The notes beneath the pieces are model-generated. The model did not search any database. It worked only from the letters and a program-made list of their open reading frames with translations, and had not been told where the DNA came from. From an uncultured Candidatus Rokubacteria bacterium (GTDB lineage: Bacteria; Methylomirabilota; Methylomirabilia; Rokubacteriales; CSP1-6), in the NCBI GenBank assembly GCA_963789955.1, contig CAWBMV010000001.1:448001-512000 (forward strand): a stretch of 64,000 nucleotides of DNA. The letters are read 5' to 3'. The translations under genes were made by a program, and so were the position numbers. Positions 1 through 10,233 of this stretch are shown here, in pieces. Numbering within the stretch: the first letter of the stretch is position 1; every line of letters starts with the position of its first letter.

Positions 1-181
1 GGGGGGTGCGCCCGATCATCGCCTTGGCCTCGTTGCCCACGGCCAGGATCGAGTGGTCGTCCTCGTGAATCGAGACGATCGAGGGCTCGTTCACAACGAT
101 GCCTTCGCCACGCACGTAGACCAGGGTGTTCGACGTCCCCAGGTCGATCGCGAGGTCTCTCGAGAACCTTTGCAAAAACAT
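1..181 (-). CDS. mreB: Rod shape-determining protein MreB paralog, 5' part (runs off window start)
   Basis: Manual translation of the minus strand from ATG at 181: [60 protein letters not shown], with the actin-like phosphate-1 motif DLGTxN. Not in the ORF track. Confidence 0.9.
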   Translation of the reverse strand, partial: MFLQRFSRDLAIDLGTSNTLVYVRGEGIVVNEPSIVSIHEDDHSILAVGNEAKAMIGRTP

Positions 182-269
182 CAGACCCCTCTCGGCAATA
201 GTCGCGAGAACTCAGCAGATTCCGCCAACAGGGTAGTGGGGGGGCGCCGACAATCGGAAGAAATTTCTA

Positions 270-379
270 AGGTCGTGCGAGCCGCAGGACGTCGCGGGGC
301 TGGGGCCCCGCCGTCGAGCCGAACCCAGGTCGTGCGAGCCGCAGGACGCGGGGCTGGGGCCCCGCCGTCGAGGCGAGCC
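270..379. repeat. Two tandem ~55-bp REP-like palindromic units
   Basis: AGGTCGTGCGAGCCGCAGGACG...GCGGGGCTGGGGCCCCGCCGTCGAG starts at 270 and again at 327. Each unit has an internal GCGGGGC/GCCCCGC hairpin. Confidence 0.75.
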
Positions 380-387
380 TGTGAATC

Positions 388-2442
388 TTAGCCGGCGGTT
401 GCGCGGACGGCGTCGAGGAACTGAGGCCCGGTGAACGGCTTGTAGAGGAGGGCCGCCCCGGCGTCGCGAAGGGCTTTGTCCGCCTCTTCCCCGACGGGAC
501 CGGCCGTGATGAAGATGAATCGGTGGCCGACGGCCGTGCCGCGGGCCGCCACCTGTCCGAGGAGCTCGAGCCAATCGACCCCGTCCAGGTTGAAGTCGGC
601 GACGACCAGATCGATCCCGTCGCGGAGGTGCTGACGGGCCTCGTCGGCGCGGGCCACGGTGAGCGCCGTGCAGCCTGTGGGCTCCAGGTGCTCGAGGAGG
701 ATCTTCTGGACGGCCTGGTCGTGCTCCACGATGAGGATGCGCTTGCCGTCGAGGTTGATCGACGGCCCGGCCTCGTCGGGGGCGGATCCGCCGGCGCTGC
801 CGACGGGCAGGTCGATCGTGAACGTCGCGCCGTGGCCGGGCTTACTGTCGGCCGTGATGTGGCCTCCGTGCTCGCGGATGATGCCGTAGGAGATGCTGAG
901 GCCCAGACCCGTGCCCGCCGAGCCCTTGGTGGTGACGAAGGGGTCGAAGATCTTCGGCAAGACGTCGGCGGGAATGCCCGGGCCGGTGTCCTCCAGGGAG
1001 ATCAGGACGCGGTCGGTGCCGAGCGCCCGGGTCGTCACCTTCAGGCGGCGCTGACCTTCCGGCAGCTCGGCCATGGCCTGCTTGGCGTTCGTCACGAGAT
1101 TGACGAGGACCTGCTGGAGCTGGTTGCCGTCGGCCCACACCGGCGGCAGACCCGCCTCCATGTCCCGGTCGACCTTCACGCTCTCGATCCGGAGGTCGGC
1201 CGAGGTGAGCGCCAGGACCTTGTCGATGAGCTCTTCCAGCATGACGTGGCGCCGCTCGAGGGGCATCTGGCGCCCGAAGGTCAGGAGGCCGCGCACGATG
1301 TGGCGGGCCGCGTCGGTCGACTCGCGGATCATCTGCGCGTATTCCTTCAGATCGTCGGGCGCCTGCTGCTCGAGGATGTCGCTGGCGCCCACCAGCACCG
1401 TGAGCGGGTTGTTGAGCTCGTGGGCGACTCCGGCGACGAGCTCGCCCAGGGCGGAGAGCTTCGCGGCCTGGATCATCTGCTGCTGGGCGAGCGTGAGGCG
1501 GAGCTTCTGGTCCTCGACGACTTCCTGCAGCCGCTGCGCCGCCTGCTGGGCTTCTTCGAAGAGGCGCGCGTTGTCGACGGCGTACGCCGTGTAGGTGGCG
1601 AGCGCGTTGAGGAACTGCAGGTCGGTCTGACTGAACACGCCGGTCGAGCCCGGGGCGACTTCCTTCTTGGAGAGGTTGACGACACCGACGATGCGCTCGG
1701 CGACGCGCAGCGGCATGCAGATGAACGATCCGCCGCCGTAGCGCGGGTCGTTCTGCTGACCGAACCGCGGATCCTTCTCGATGTCCTCGACCACGACGGC
1801 TTCGCCCATCTCGACGACCTTGCCCGCGATGCCCTCGCCGACCTTCACCTCGACGGGCCCTCGGCCGGCCTCCTGGAGCCCGCGCCCGACCGCGATACGC
1901 AGGGTCTGGCGCTCGCGGTCGAGCAGCATGATCGACCCGATGCGAGCGCTCACGGCGCGCATCGTGCGCTCGAGAACGTGGGAGAGCAGGTCCTCGATTC
2001 GCGGGATGCGGGCGGCCATCTCGACCATGTCGTTGAGCGCACCGAGCTTGAACACGAGGTCCTCGAGCCGCTCGGTCGACGCGCGCAGCTCGAGGAGCAT
2101 GCGTCCGAACGCCTGGGCGATCTCGCCGATCTCGTTCACCTGACCGAGGCCGGGCACCGCCGCGGTCGCGGTCCCCTTCGACGCGGGAGCCGGCGCCGCG
2201 AGCTTGTCGGCCGGAGCGGACGGCAGTGCCTGTCCGAGGGCGCGGCCGAGGTCAGCGACGCGCTGCGTGAGCCGGCGGAAGAGGAGGTAACCGAGGAGGG
2301 CGATCGCGAGGGCGAAGAAGATTCCGACCTGCGCTTCGGTCGACTCCAGCAGCCCGAACCGCCACATGAAGTACACGAAGAGCAGCAGCGGCAGGATGGC
2401 GGTCAGCGCGAAGATGGTGCTCGCGGCTTCGCGGAGCTTCAC
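388..2442 (-). CDS. Membrane hybrid sensor histidine kinase (2 TM, GAF, HisKA, HATPase, C-terminal receiver)
   Basis: H-box AHELNNPL, N-box QVLVNLVTNA, G-boxes DTGPGI and GTGLGL, a GAF region, receiver ending KPF. Start uncertain (GTG 2442 chosen; ORF is open to 2559). Confidence 0.88.
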   Translation of the reverse strand: MKLREAASTIFALTAILPLLLFVYFMWRFGLLESTEAQVGIFFALAIALLGYLLFRRLTQRVADLGRALGQALPSAPADKLAAPAPASKGTATAAVPGLGQVNEIGEIAQAFGRMLLELRASTERLEDLVFKLGALNDMVEMAARIPRIEDLLSHVLERTMRAVSARIGSIMLLDRERQTLRIAVGRGLQEAGRGPVEVKVGEGIAGKVVEMGEAVVVEDIEKDPRFGQQNDPRYGGGSFICMPLRVAERIVGVVNLSKKEVAPGSTGVFSQTDLQFLNALATYTAYAVDNARLFEEAQQAAQRLQEVVEDQKLRLTLAQQQMIQAAKLSALGELVAGVAHELNNPLTVLVGASDILEQQAPDDLKEYAQMIRESTDAARHIVRGLLTFGRQMPLERRHVMLEELIDKVLALTSADLRIESVKVDRDMEAGLPPVWADGNQLQQVLVNLVTNAKQAMAELPEGQRRLKVTTRALGTDRVLISLEDTGPGIPADVLPKIFDPFVTTKGSAGTGLGLSISYGIIREHGGHITADSKPGHGATFTIDLPVGSAGGSAPDEAGPSINLDGKRILIVEHDQAVQKILLEHLEPTGCTALTVARADEARQHLRDGIDLVVADFNLDGVDWLELLGQVAARGTAVGHRFIFITAGPVGEEADKALRDAGAALLYKPFTGPQFLDAVRATAG

Positions 2443-2827
2443 AGAACGGTCACCGACGTTCGATCCTCCAAAGAGGCGCCCAAAGACGAGCCCAATGACG
2501 GCCCACGGCAGAGTTCGCTCGCTTTCTCCTAGTGTGCCGGGCGCGTGGCGCAGACTCAAAGGAGAAAACGGCTAGGCAACGAGGCGCCGAAATGCGTCGA
2601 GAAATTCTGAAAAATTGGAATGCCCAGGCCAGCGCTCGCGCCAGCCAGATCGTGCCGGTCGACGCAGATTCTCTCACTCTTTCTGAGAGGTTACGAGGCG
2701 ACGGGCCCGTCGGCTTGCCCAATCCAAGATCTATTTGCGCCGCCGGGCCCGAAGCGTATAGTTCGTCCGGCTTCACTCGAGGATATTGGCGCTCGATGCT
2801 GACGGCGAGCAGCAAGGAGGGCTGACG

Positions 2828-3241
2828 ATGGAGTCGAGTCGAGTCATCGTGCTGCTCGCGGCGGTCCTGCTCGCAGCATGTGCGACCGCCGCGCCCCAAG
2901 CTCTTTCTCCGCAACTGGAGGACCACCAGCGGCTCGCCAACGCCCTTCATCCCAGAGTTCAAGTCCAGGGTGGGTGGGCGCCGGAGGACAATCTCGGCGT
3001 CGTGCAAACCGTACCGTTCTGGAAGGGTGGCTTTGGCGGCATCAGCATCTCGCTCCGAGGAGACATCGTGGGCACACAGTGCGGCCAATACGTGATCGCG
3101 AGTCTCCTGGCCCTCCGCGAGCGCAACCGATCTCTGGGGGATCGCGGCACGTTGGACGACGCGGCGATCACGAGCCTCGTCGCAATAGGGTGGAGCGAGC
3201 AGACTGCGCGTTCCGCGGCGGCCTCGTGTCCCACGCGCTAG
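2828..3241 (+). CDS. Hypothetical lipoprotein
   Basis: AAGGAGG precedes ATG 2828; signal peptide with lipobox LAAC. Confidence 0.65.
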   Translation: MESSRVIVLLAAVLLAACATAAPQALSPQLEDHQRLANALHPRVQVQGGWAPEDNLGVVQTVPFWKGGFGGISISLRGDIVGTQCGQYVIASLLALRERNRSLGDRGTLDDAAITSLVAIGWSEQTARSAAASCPTR

Positions 3242-3275
3242 CTCGGCTCGGCGAACGCTCGGGACACGACGCGCC

Positions 3276-4520
3276 TCATTGATCCAGTTGGCCTCCGATG
3301 TCAGCCTCGAGCTGATAGAGGGCACCCAGATACGCTCCAAGCGCCTGCAGGTGGGCGAGGGCAGTCTCCCGATAGCTTCGCTGAGCATCGAGAAAGTCGA
3401 GCAGGCTCTGGCCGCCGCGGCGGTAGGCGTATTCGACGGTATCGCGGGCCTGGGTCGCCTTGGGCAAATACACGTCTCGCAGCGAAATCACGCGCTCGCG
3501 CTGGATCAGCGCGGCCTGCCGGTCGGTGTCGAGGGCGGCCAGCACCTGGAGCGCGGTCGCCTCACGCACCGCATCGACTCGCGTGATCTCGGCCTGGGCT
3601 CGGGCGATCTCCCCCTGATTGCGATCGAAGATTCGAAGCGGGAAGCCGAATCCGATGCCGATGGTATTGTCCGGTCCAATCCGTTGGTACTCGAGCTGCG
3701 GCGTGATATCCCACCACGCGTTGGCCCGCGCCAACCGATGGTCCGCTCGTGCGCGCTCCCGATCGGCGTCCGCCGCTCGTAGATCTGGGCGGTTGTCCAG
3801 CGCGCGCCGCACGAGCAGTGCTCGATCGAGTGAAACCTCCTTGAAGTCGATGTCGCCGGCGACCTCGAAATCCTCGGCGATATTCACGCTCCCAGCGGCC
3901 GTACGCAGGGCGATTCGTGCGGCCGCGAGGGCTTGACGCGCATCGGCGGCATCGCGCGCGAACGTGAACCGTTGCACCTGGATGCGCAGCAGCTCGAGCT
4001 CCGAGATGTCGCCCTTCTCCGCACGGATGCGCTGGATCCGCTCCGTGTCGTCGAGCGTTTTGAGGTTGGCTTCAGCCAGGGCGAGCTGCTCTCGAGCGAT
4101 CAAGGCCGCGGCGAAGGCACTCTTGACCTGCAGGACCACCTGGCGGCGTGCATCGTCCAGCTGGTACGTCGTCACCTGCGTGGCGGCTCGCGCCGAGTCG
4201 ATCCGGCGCTGGCGCTTGCCCCCCAGCTCGATCGGCTGGCCCACGTTGACCGTGTACTGCGCGTCCTGCTGCGATTGGCCGGGTCTGAGCTGCTCGGCCA
4301 GGAAGTTCATCGTCGGATTCGGCCGCAGCGCCGCGGTCGTCTCGCCGGCCTTGGTCGCGAAGAGCGCGGCCTGCTGGGCCATCAACGTCGGGTTCTGCTT
4401 GAGGGCGAGCTGAAGAGCTTCCTCGAGCGAGACCCGATTCAACGGCGGTTGCGCGACCGCCAGCGATGATGCCCCGAACGCGATCACGAAACTCGATAGG
4501 CCGATCCATACCCAGCGCAT
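3276..4520 (-). CDS. TolC/CzcC-family outer membrane efflux protein
   Basis: AGGAGG SD, signal peptide, motifs SLEEALQLALKQNP, QPIELGGKR and YRRGGQSLLDFLDAQR typical of OEP proteins. Confidence 0.88.
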   Translation of the reverse strand: MRWVWIGLSSFVIAFGASSLAVAQPPLNRVSLEEALQLALKQNPTLMAQQAALFATKAGETTAALRPNPTMNFLAEQLRPGQSQQDAQYTVNVGQPIELGGKRQRRIDSARAATQVTTYQLDDARRQVVLQVKSAFAAALIAREQLALAEANLKTLDDTERIQRIRAEKGDISELELLRIQVQRFTFARDAADARQALAAARIALRTAAGSVNIAEDFEVAGDIDFKEVSLDRALLVRRALDNRPDLRAADADRERARADHRLARANAWWDITPQLEYQRIGPDNTIGIGFGFPLRIFDRNQGEIARAQAEITRVDAVREATALQVLAALDTDRQAALIQRERVISLRDVYLPKATQARDTVEYAYRRGGQSLLDFLDAQRSYRETALAHLQALGAYLGALYQLEADIGGQLDQ

Positions 4521-4664
4521 AAGACGCCTCCTGGCTGACTCGACATGCCCCCTCAGCCAGTCGGATCTTGCACGGAGCAACCTGACGAATTCCTAAAGAC
4601 GCGGACGAGCCCCTCGATGGCGACGCGGTGGCATCGGGGTCACCGGGAAGGATCGAGAGAAAAA

Positions 4665-5058
4665 GCGCCAGAGAAGGCCTGTAAGCCGGGTCCTGTGCCC
4701 CGACCGGTTTCCCGGCCGGGTGACGATCATTTCTCTACGACGCCGGTTACCCGACGTCTCCAGCGGCCGAACCCGGGAGCGGCGCGGGCCACGCCATAGC
4801 TCCCCTATTTGGCCTTGCTCCGGGTGGGGTTTGCCAAGCCAGCGCGGTCACCCGCGCTGCTGGTGAGCTCTTACCTCACCGTTTCACCCTTACCGCCTCG
4901 CCACCCTCGCGGGCACGACGAGACGGCGGTCTGCTTTCTGTGGCACTGGTCCGTGGGGTTTCCCCCCCTGGGCGTTACCCAGCACCCTGCCCTGCGGAGC
5001 CCGGACTTTCCTCCCGCCGCGTTGCCGCGGCCGGCGACCGTCCAGCCTTCTCTGGCGC
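4665..5058 (-). ncRNA. rnpB: RNase P RNA (type A)
   Basis: Minus strand has GAGGAAAGTCCGGGCT, AGTGCCACAGAAA, GGTAAGAGCTCACC, GAGCAAGGCCAAATAGG and ACAGGACCCGGCTTAC. The P1 ends are complementary, and a TATACT -10 lies at 5065-5070. Confidence 0.96.
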
Positions 5059-5080
5059 CCTCACAGTATAGCCGACCGGC

Positions 5081-5551
5081 TCAGCCGCCGATCGCGCCTC
5101 GGGCGAGGAGGTCGACCCGGTTGTTCATGACGTCGTCCGCGTGGCCGGCGACCTTGTGCCACTCCATGTCGTGGCGCCGAGTCTCCGCGAGGAGGCGCTC
5201 CCAGAGATCGCGATTGGCGACGGCCTTCTTCTGACTGTTTCTCCAGCCGTTCTTCTCCCAGCGCTCCCACCAGCGCTCACGGAAGCAGTTCACGATGTAC
5301 GCGCTGTCGGAGTAGATGTGGACGCGCCGGTGGCCCGGGACCGCCGCGAGGCCTTCGGCGACGGCCTGCAACTCCATGCGCTGATTGGTCGTGTGCGGGG
5401 CGGCGCCGGAGACCACGCGTTCCTCGCCGCCGTCGATGATGATCGCGGCCCAGCCGCCCGGTCCGGGGTTACCCGAGCAGGCGCCGTCCGTGTAGATCGT
5501 GACGTCGGTTTGAGCGCGTCGGGGAGCGGCGCCGGCGGGGCGCGCCGTCAG
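5081..5551 (-). CDS. rnhA: Ribonuclease HI
   Basis: IYTDGACSGNPGPGGW, TTNQRMEL, SDSAY, VANRDLW, WHKVAGH. Probable CTG start overlapping the upstream TGA. Confidence 0.92.
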   Translation of the reverse strand: MTARPAGAAPRRAQTDVTIYTDGACSGNPGPGGWAAIIIDGGEERVVSGAAPHTTNQRMELQAVAEGLAAVPGHRRVHIYSDSAYIVNCFRERWWERWEKNGWRNSQKKAVANRDLWERLLAETRRHDMEWHKVAGHADDVMNNRVDLLARGAIGG

Positions 5552-6261
5552 GCGGATTCCTGCCAGTAGAGGTAGCGGCCGCAGTTTTCGCAGATCATCG
5601 GCGCCTGCGCTGCCTTCAGCTCCTGGATGGCCTGGGGCCGGATCGCCATCCGACAGCCGCCGCAGATGGCCGAGGCATTCACGCTGGCCACCGCGATACC
5701 GCTGCGCGCCTTCAGGATCTTTTCATAGTCGGCCAGGAGCGGGCGGGGAAGCTCCCGCGCGCGAGAGTGGCGGTCGGCGCGCAAGGCGGAGAGCTCCTTC
5801 TCGACCGCCGCGAGCTTCTTGCGCACGACGGCCTCGTCCTGCTGCGCTTGTTCCTGGCGCGCCTTCAAGCGCACGTCGGCTTCGCGACCCTCGACCGCGA
5901 GGCGCTCCTGGATCTCCATCAGGCCAAGGATCTCTTCTTCGCCCTTCGCCTTCTCCTGCTTGATGGCCTCGATCTCCGAGAGCACCGCCGAGTACTCGGT
6001 GTTGTTCTTGACCTCCCAGAGACGCCCCTCGGCCTTCGTCCGCTTGGCGGTGACGACCTCGAGGTCTTTTTCCTTCGTGCGGAGATCCTTCCGGGTCGTG
6101 TCGGCCTTGGCCTTGATGGTCTCGACGGATTTCTTGGCTTCCGCGAGCGCGGCCTGGATGGCTTCGATCTGCCTGGGGAGACGGGCGGCCTCGGCATCGA
6201 GCGCGGCGAGTCGCGTGTCGAAGCCTTGCAAATCGATCAAGGTCAGGAGCTGAGCGTCCAC
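5548..6261 (-). CDS. Coiled-coil C4-type zinc-ribbon protein (DUF164 family)
   Basis: Long coiled coil, then CGGC...CENCGRYLY; AAGGAAGG SD before GTG. Confidence 0.88.
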   Translation of the reverse strand: MDAQLLTLIDLQGFDTRLAALDAEAARLPRQIEAIQAALAEAKKSVETIKAKADTTRKDLRTKEKDLEVVTAKRTKAEGRLWEVKNNTEYSAVLSEIEAIKQEKAKGEEEILGLMEIQERLAVEGREADVRLKARQEQAQQDEAVVRKKLAAVEKELSALRADRHSRARELPRPLLADYEKILKARSGIAVASVNASAICGGCRMAIRPQAIQELKAAQAPMICENCGRYLYWQESA

Positions 6262-6379
6262 GCCTTCCTTGATTGTAGCCGATCACCGCCAACCACGGGT
6301 TGTCCGCGGAGCGGAGCCACGAGCACCTGTATCAGGCCACCCTCGGTGGAAGCCGGCCTCGAGGCACCCGCTACAATAG

Positions 6380-6451
6380 TGGGCCCACCTGGACTCGAAC
6401 CAAGACCTAACCGGTTATGAGCCGGCTGCTCTGCCATTGAGCTATGGGCCC
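6380..6451 (-). tRNA. tRNA-Ile2 (CAT, lysidine type); CCA not encoded
   Basis: Cloverleaf GGGCCCATAGCTCAATGGCAGAGCAGCCGGCTCATAACCGGT...TTCGAGTCCAGGTGGGCCCA with CAT anticodon. The position downstream of rpoD favours Ile2 over Met. Confidence 0.88.
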
Positions 6452-6483
6452 GCAGGGTCATCGTGTCCGTCGTGCGCTCCCGA

Positions 6484-8343
6484 TCACGATTCCAGGAAGC
6501 TCCGGAGCTTCTTGGAGCGCGACGGATGACGGAGCTTGCGCAGGGCCTTGGCCTCGATCTGCCGGATGCGCTCCCGCGTCACGGCAAAATCTTGCCCGAC
6601 CTCTTCGAGGGTGTGCTCGCAGCCGTCCGAGAGCCCGAAGCGCAGCCGCAGGACCTTTTCCTCGCGCGGCGTGAGCGTGTTCAGCACCTTGTTGGTCTGC
6701 TCGCGCAGGGACAGGCCGATGATCGACTCGACCGGCGAGACGACCTGCTTGTCCTCGATGAAGTCGCCGAGGTGGCTGTCTTCTTCCTCGCCGATCGGCG
6801 TCTCCAGCGAGATCGGTTCCTGTGCGATCTTCAAGACCTTGCGGACCTTGTCGACCGGCACGTCCATCTTGGTCGCGATCTCTTCCGGGGTCGGCTCGCG
6901 GCCGAGCTCCTGCACGAGCTGGCGGGAGGTCCGGATGAGCTTGTTGATGGTCTCGATCATGTGCACGGGGATACGGATCGTACGCGCCTGGTCGGCGATC
7001 GCTCGGGTGATGGCCTGACGGATCCACCACGTCGCGTACGTCGAGAACTTGTAGCCGCGGCGGTACTCGAACTTGTCGACGGCCTTCATCAGGCCGATAT
7101 TGCCTTCCTGGATCAGGTCGAGGAACTGAAGGCCGCGGTTCGTGTACTTCTTCGCGATCGAGATGACCAATCTGAGGTTGGCCTCGACCATCTCCTTCTT
7201 GGCCTGGGCGGCCTTGACCTGGCCGGCCTTGATGATGGTCATGACGCGCTTGATCTCGTCGGCCTTGGCGTTGGCGCGCCCCTCGGCGACCTTGATCTCC
7301 TGCTGGGCGACCCACACTTGCTGCTGCTTGGGCGAGGGGAACTTCTTGGCGGCCTTCAGATGCAGGTCGCCGACGCCGGCCGCGGCGGCGCCGCCGTTGG
7401 TGGCCGGATCGCGGAACGAGACGTAGATGAGGTTCTGCACCTCGTCGGTCGACGGCCGCCGGCCGTTGGTCCAGAGACGGATCACGCGCTCGGCGCGCTC
7501 GATGTCGTCGAGCAAGTCGCGCAGCCGCTGCACCAGGCCGCGGCGGCCGAGCTCGGAATCCTCGCGATCGATGATCTGGTTGCCGATGTTCAGCGCGCGG
7601 AGCTTCTCGAGCACGCGGGTCTGACGCTGCAGCGCCTGACTCTCGAGCCGCTTCCACGCCGGCTCCTTGGCGCCCTTCTTCGGCTTGCGCCGGGTGGTCG
7701 ACTTGCCCCGGAGCTTGCGGGCCTGGGAGACGAGCTTGTCCCGCTCGCGGAGCAGCCGGTCGACCATCGCGAACGCCGTGATGACCACGCGCGTCAGATC
7801 GGCTTCCTTCTCCTCGGTGAACTCTTCCTCGTTGACGTCGACGACCTCCTTGACGGAGATGTCGTGACGGCGAAGCTGCTCGCGCAGCTCACGGAATCGC
7901 TCGACGGCGAGGTTCGTGCTGAGGATGGCGGATGTGACCTGGTTCTTGCCTTCTTCGATGCGCTTGGCGAGCGCGATCTCGCCCTCGCGCGTGAGGAGCG
8001 CGACGCGCCCCATCTCGCGCAGGTAGAGGCGTACCGGGTCCTCGGTGCGTCCGACCGGGCCCGGCGTGAGGTCGATCGGCTCGGGCGGCCCGTCGTCGTC
8101 GTTCTCCTCGGGCTCTTGCTGCGCCTTCCGCTCACGAATCTCGGAGGGCAGCCGGCCGGCCTTCGCCGAGTCGACGACCTCGATGTCCATCGCCCCGAAC
8201 ATCATCATGATGTCGTCGAGCTGGTCGAGCGAGACGAGGTCGGAGGGGAGGGCGTCATTCACTTCGTCGTAGGTGAGGAAGCCTTTTTGCTTCCCCATCG
8301 AGATCAGCCGGTCGAGCTCCTCCAGCTTTGGTTCTTCGCTCAT
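6484..8343 (-). CDS. rpoD: RNA polymerase primary sigma factor RpoD
   Basis: Region 1.1, [37 protein letters not shown], region 4 [13 protein letters not shown]. Confidence 0.98.
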   Translation of the reverse strand: MSEEPKLEELDRLISMGKQKGFLTYDEVNDALPSDLVSLDQLDDIMMMFGAMDIEVVDSAKAGRLPSEIRERKAQQEPEENDDDGPPEPIDLTPGPVGRTEDPVRLYLREMGRVALLTREGEIALAKRIEEGKNQVTSAILSTNLAVERFRELREQLRRHDISVKEVVDVNEEEFTEEKEADLTRVVITAFAMVDRLLRERDKLVSQARKLRGKSTTRRKPKKGAKEPAWKRLESQALQRQTRVLEKLRALNIGNQIIDREDSELGRRGLVQRLRDLLDDIERAERVIRLWTNGRRPSTDEVQNLIYVSFRDPATNGGAAAAGVGDLHLKAAKKFPSPKQQQVWVAQQEIKVAEGRANAKADEIKRVMTIIKAGQVKAAQAKKEMVEANLRLVISIAKKYTNRGLQFLDLIQEGNIGLMKAVDKFEYRRGYKFSTYATWWIRQAITRAIADQARTIRIPVHMIETINKLIRTSRQLVQELGREPTPEEIATKMDVPVDKVRKVLKIAQEPISLETPIGEEEDSHLGDFIEDKQVVSPVESIIGLSLREQTNKVLNTLTPREEKVLRLRFGLSDGCEHTLEEVGQDFAVTRERIRQIEAKALRKLRHPSRSKKLRSFLES

Positions 8344-10208
8344 TCGTCTGAGCTCCTTGGGGACGTCGACGTCCCGTCTTCTAACGACTGGGCGACACCA
8401 CCCGTGATCTCGTACACGACGGCGCTCTCCTTGTGTAAGGTTCTGAGCTCGGCGTGCATCGGCGCCTCGACTCCAGTCTTGGCCTGAGTCTCGGCGATCG
8501 CCTGGCTCATCTCCCGCGCTCGGCGCAGCCGGTGGCTGCGCTCGAGACGTCGTTGGAACTGTCCGATGCTAACCCGAGCGTCAACACTTTCGCGATCTTC
8601 GACGAGCAGGGACGCGAGAACGGACCGGGCTTCGTCGGTCGGCAGGTCGGTCATCAGGCTCTCGGCCGTGGCGTCGGGCCGGAGCCGGAGCGCTTCCACG
8701 ATGGCGCGGAGCGAGGCGTGGCTGACCTCGTCGGACTCGCCGAGCAGCGCCAGGAGCGTCGTCCGGGCCTCCGGGGAGTGAAGCAGGAGCGTCACCAGAT
8801 CTCGCTCGACCGGGTGCGCCGAGATCGGTGCCGGCGGCCGGGACTGCGCCGGTGGCGTCCTCAGGGAGGACTGCAGGCGCTGGGACTCGATCCAGAGCTG
8901 GGTCGGGTCGACCCCGAGCTTGGTCGCGGCCTCGCGCGACAACGCCGCCGCTTCGTCCCCGTCGGCGACCTTCGCCAGGAGCAGCGCCACCCGCGCGAAC
9001 GCCGTGGTCCGCGCCCGCGTCCCGGTGGCTCCGTCGGGGTCGACGAGCGCCCGGTCGAGCGCGTAGGACAGGATGCTGCGGGCCGCTGCGATCCGCTCGT
9101 TGAAGCCCTCGCTGCCGGCCGAGCGGAGGAACGTGTCCGGGTCGTGGCCTGCCGGAAGCAGCGCCACCTTCACCTTGAGCGTCCCGGCGCCCTCGAACGC
9201 CCCGGACCGATTCACCGCCCACGCCATGCCGCGGCCCGTGGGCTCGAGGAGCTCCTCGGCCCGTGCGGCGGCCTTCTGGCCGGCCGCGTCGGCATCGAAG
9301 AACGTGACGACCTCGTCGCAGTAGCGCCGGAGCAGGGCGAGCTGGGCCGGAGTGAACGCGGTGCCGAGCGCCGCCACGGTCCCCGTGAACCCGTACTGGT
9401 GAGCCATGATGCAGTCGACATAGCCCTCGACCAGCAGCGCGCGATTCTGCGACTGGATCGTCGGCCGGGCCAGGTCGGCGGCATAGAGAAGGTTGCCCTT
9501 GGTGTAGAGGGGGGTCTCCGGCGAGTTGAGGTACTTCGGTTGCTCGTCGCCGAACCCGCGGCCGCCGAAGGCGACGACCCGGCCCTGGAGATCGCGAATC
9601 GGGAACAGGAGCCGTCCGCGGAAGCGGTCGTAGGCGCCAGCCCGATTCTCGCGCGCGACCGCCAGACCCGCGGCGATCAGCACGTCCTCGGCGACCTTCT
9701 CTCCCTTCATGAAGGTGAGGAGCGACTCCCAGCCCTCAGGCGCGTAGCCGAGGCCGAAGCGCTTGGCGATCTCGGTGTCGATCCCGCGCTGTTCGAGATA
9801 GGCCCGCGCTCGCTCGCCGGCCGCCTTCCAGAGGGTCTCGACGTAGAAGCGCCCCGCGAGCTCCATCACCCGGATGAGCTCTTCGCGGCCGGAGTCTCCG
9901 CTCGCCGCTCCGCGCTCGTCGGGCAGGGCGATCCCGGTGCTCTTCGCCAGCGCGCGGACCGCTTCGGGGAACGAGAGACGATCCTGACGCATCACGAAGC
10001 CGAAGGCGTCGCCGCCGACCCCGCACCCGAAGCAATGGAAGATTCCCTTCTGGGGATTGACGGTGAAGGACGGTGTCTTCTCGGAATGGAAGGGGCAGAG
10101 GCCCTTCCAGTGGGATCCGGCCTTGCGGAGATTCACCAGGCGGCTGACGAGATCGACGATGTCGACGGCGGCGCGGATGTCGTCGAGCAGCGCCTGTGAG
10201 TACTGCAT
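8340..10208 (-). CDS. dnaG: DNA primase
   Basis: CHC2 zinc finger (CPFH...CFGC), [20 protein letters not shown]...FDAD. Confidence 0.97.
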   Translation of the reverse strand: MQYSQALLDDIRAAVDIVDLVSRLVNLRKAGSHWKGLCPFHSEKTPSFTVNPQKGIFHCFGCGVGGDAFGFVMRQDRLSFPEAVRALAKSTGIALPDERGAASGDSGREELIRVMELAGRFYVETLWKAAGERARAYLEQRGIDTEIAKRFGLGYAPEGWESLLTFMKGEKVAEDVLIAAGLAVARENRAGAYDRFRGRLLFPIRDLQGRVVAFGGRGFGDEQPKYLNSPETPLYTKGNLLYAADLARPTIQSQNRALLVEGYVDCIMAHQYGFTGTVAALGTAFTPAQLALLRRYCDEVVTFFDADAAGQKAAARAEELLEPTGRGMAWAVNRSGAFEGAGTLKVKVALLPAGHDPDTFLRSAGSEGFNERIAAARSILSYALDRALVDPDGATGTRARTTAFARVALLLAKVADGDEAAALSREAATKLGVDPTQLWIESQRLQSSLRTPPAQSRPPAPISAHPVERDLVTLLLHSPEARTTLLALLGESDEVSHASLRAIVEALRLRPDATAESLMTDLPTDEARSVLASLLVEDRESVDARVSIGQFQRRLERSHRLRRAREMSQAIAETQAKTGVEAPMHAELRTLHKESAVVYEITGGVAQSLEDGTSTSPRSSDE

Positions 10209-10233
10209 CAGCCGATCACCCATGCGGTCGGCA

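Noticed and set aside
270..379. CRISPR array
   Set aside because: Only two adjacent units, no unique spacers, no cas genes.
2625..2660. Sigma54 promoter for the histidine kinase (CGGCACGATCTGGC)
   Set aside because: GG-to-GC spacing is 9 nt rather than the required 10.
4545..5234. Plus-strand ORFs over rnpB
   Set aside because: Antisense translations of RNase P RNA.
6380..6451. tRNA-targeted integrative element
   Set aside because: No integrase or duplicated tRNA 3' end near either tRNA.
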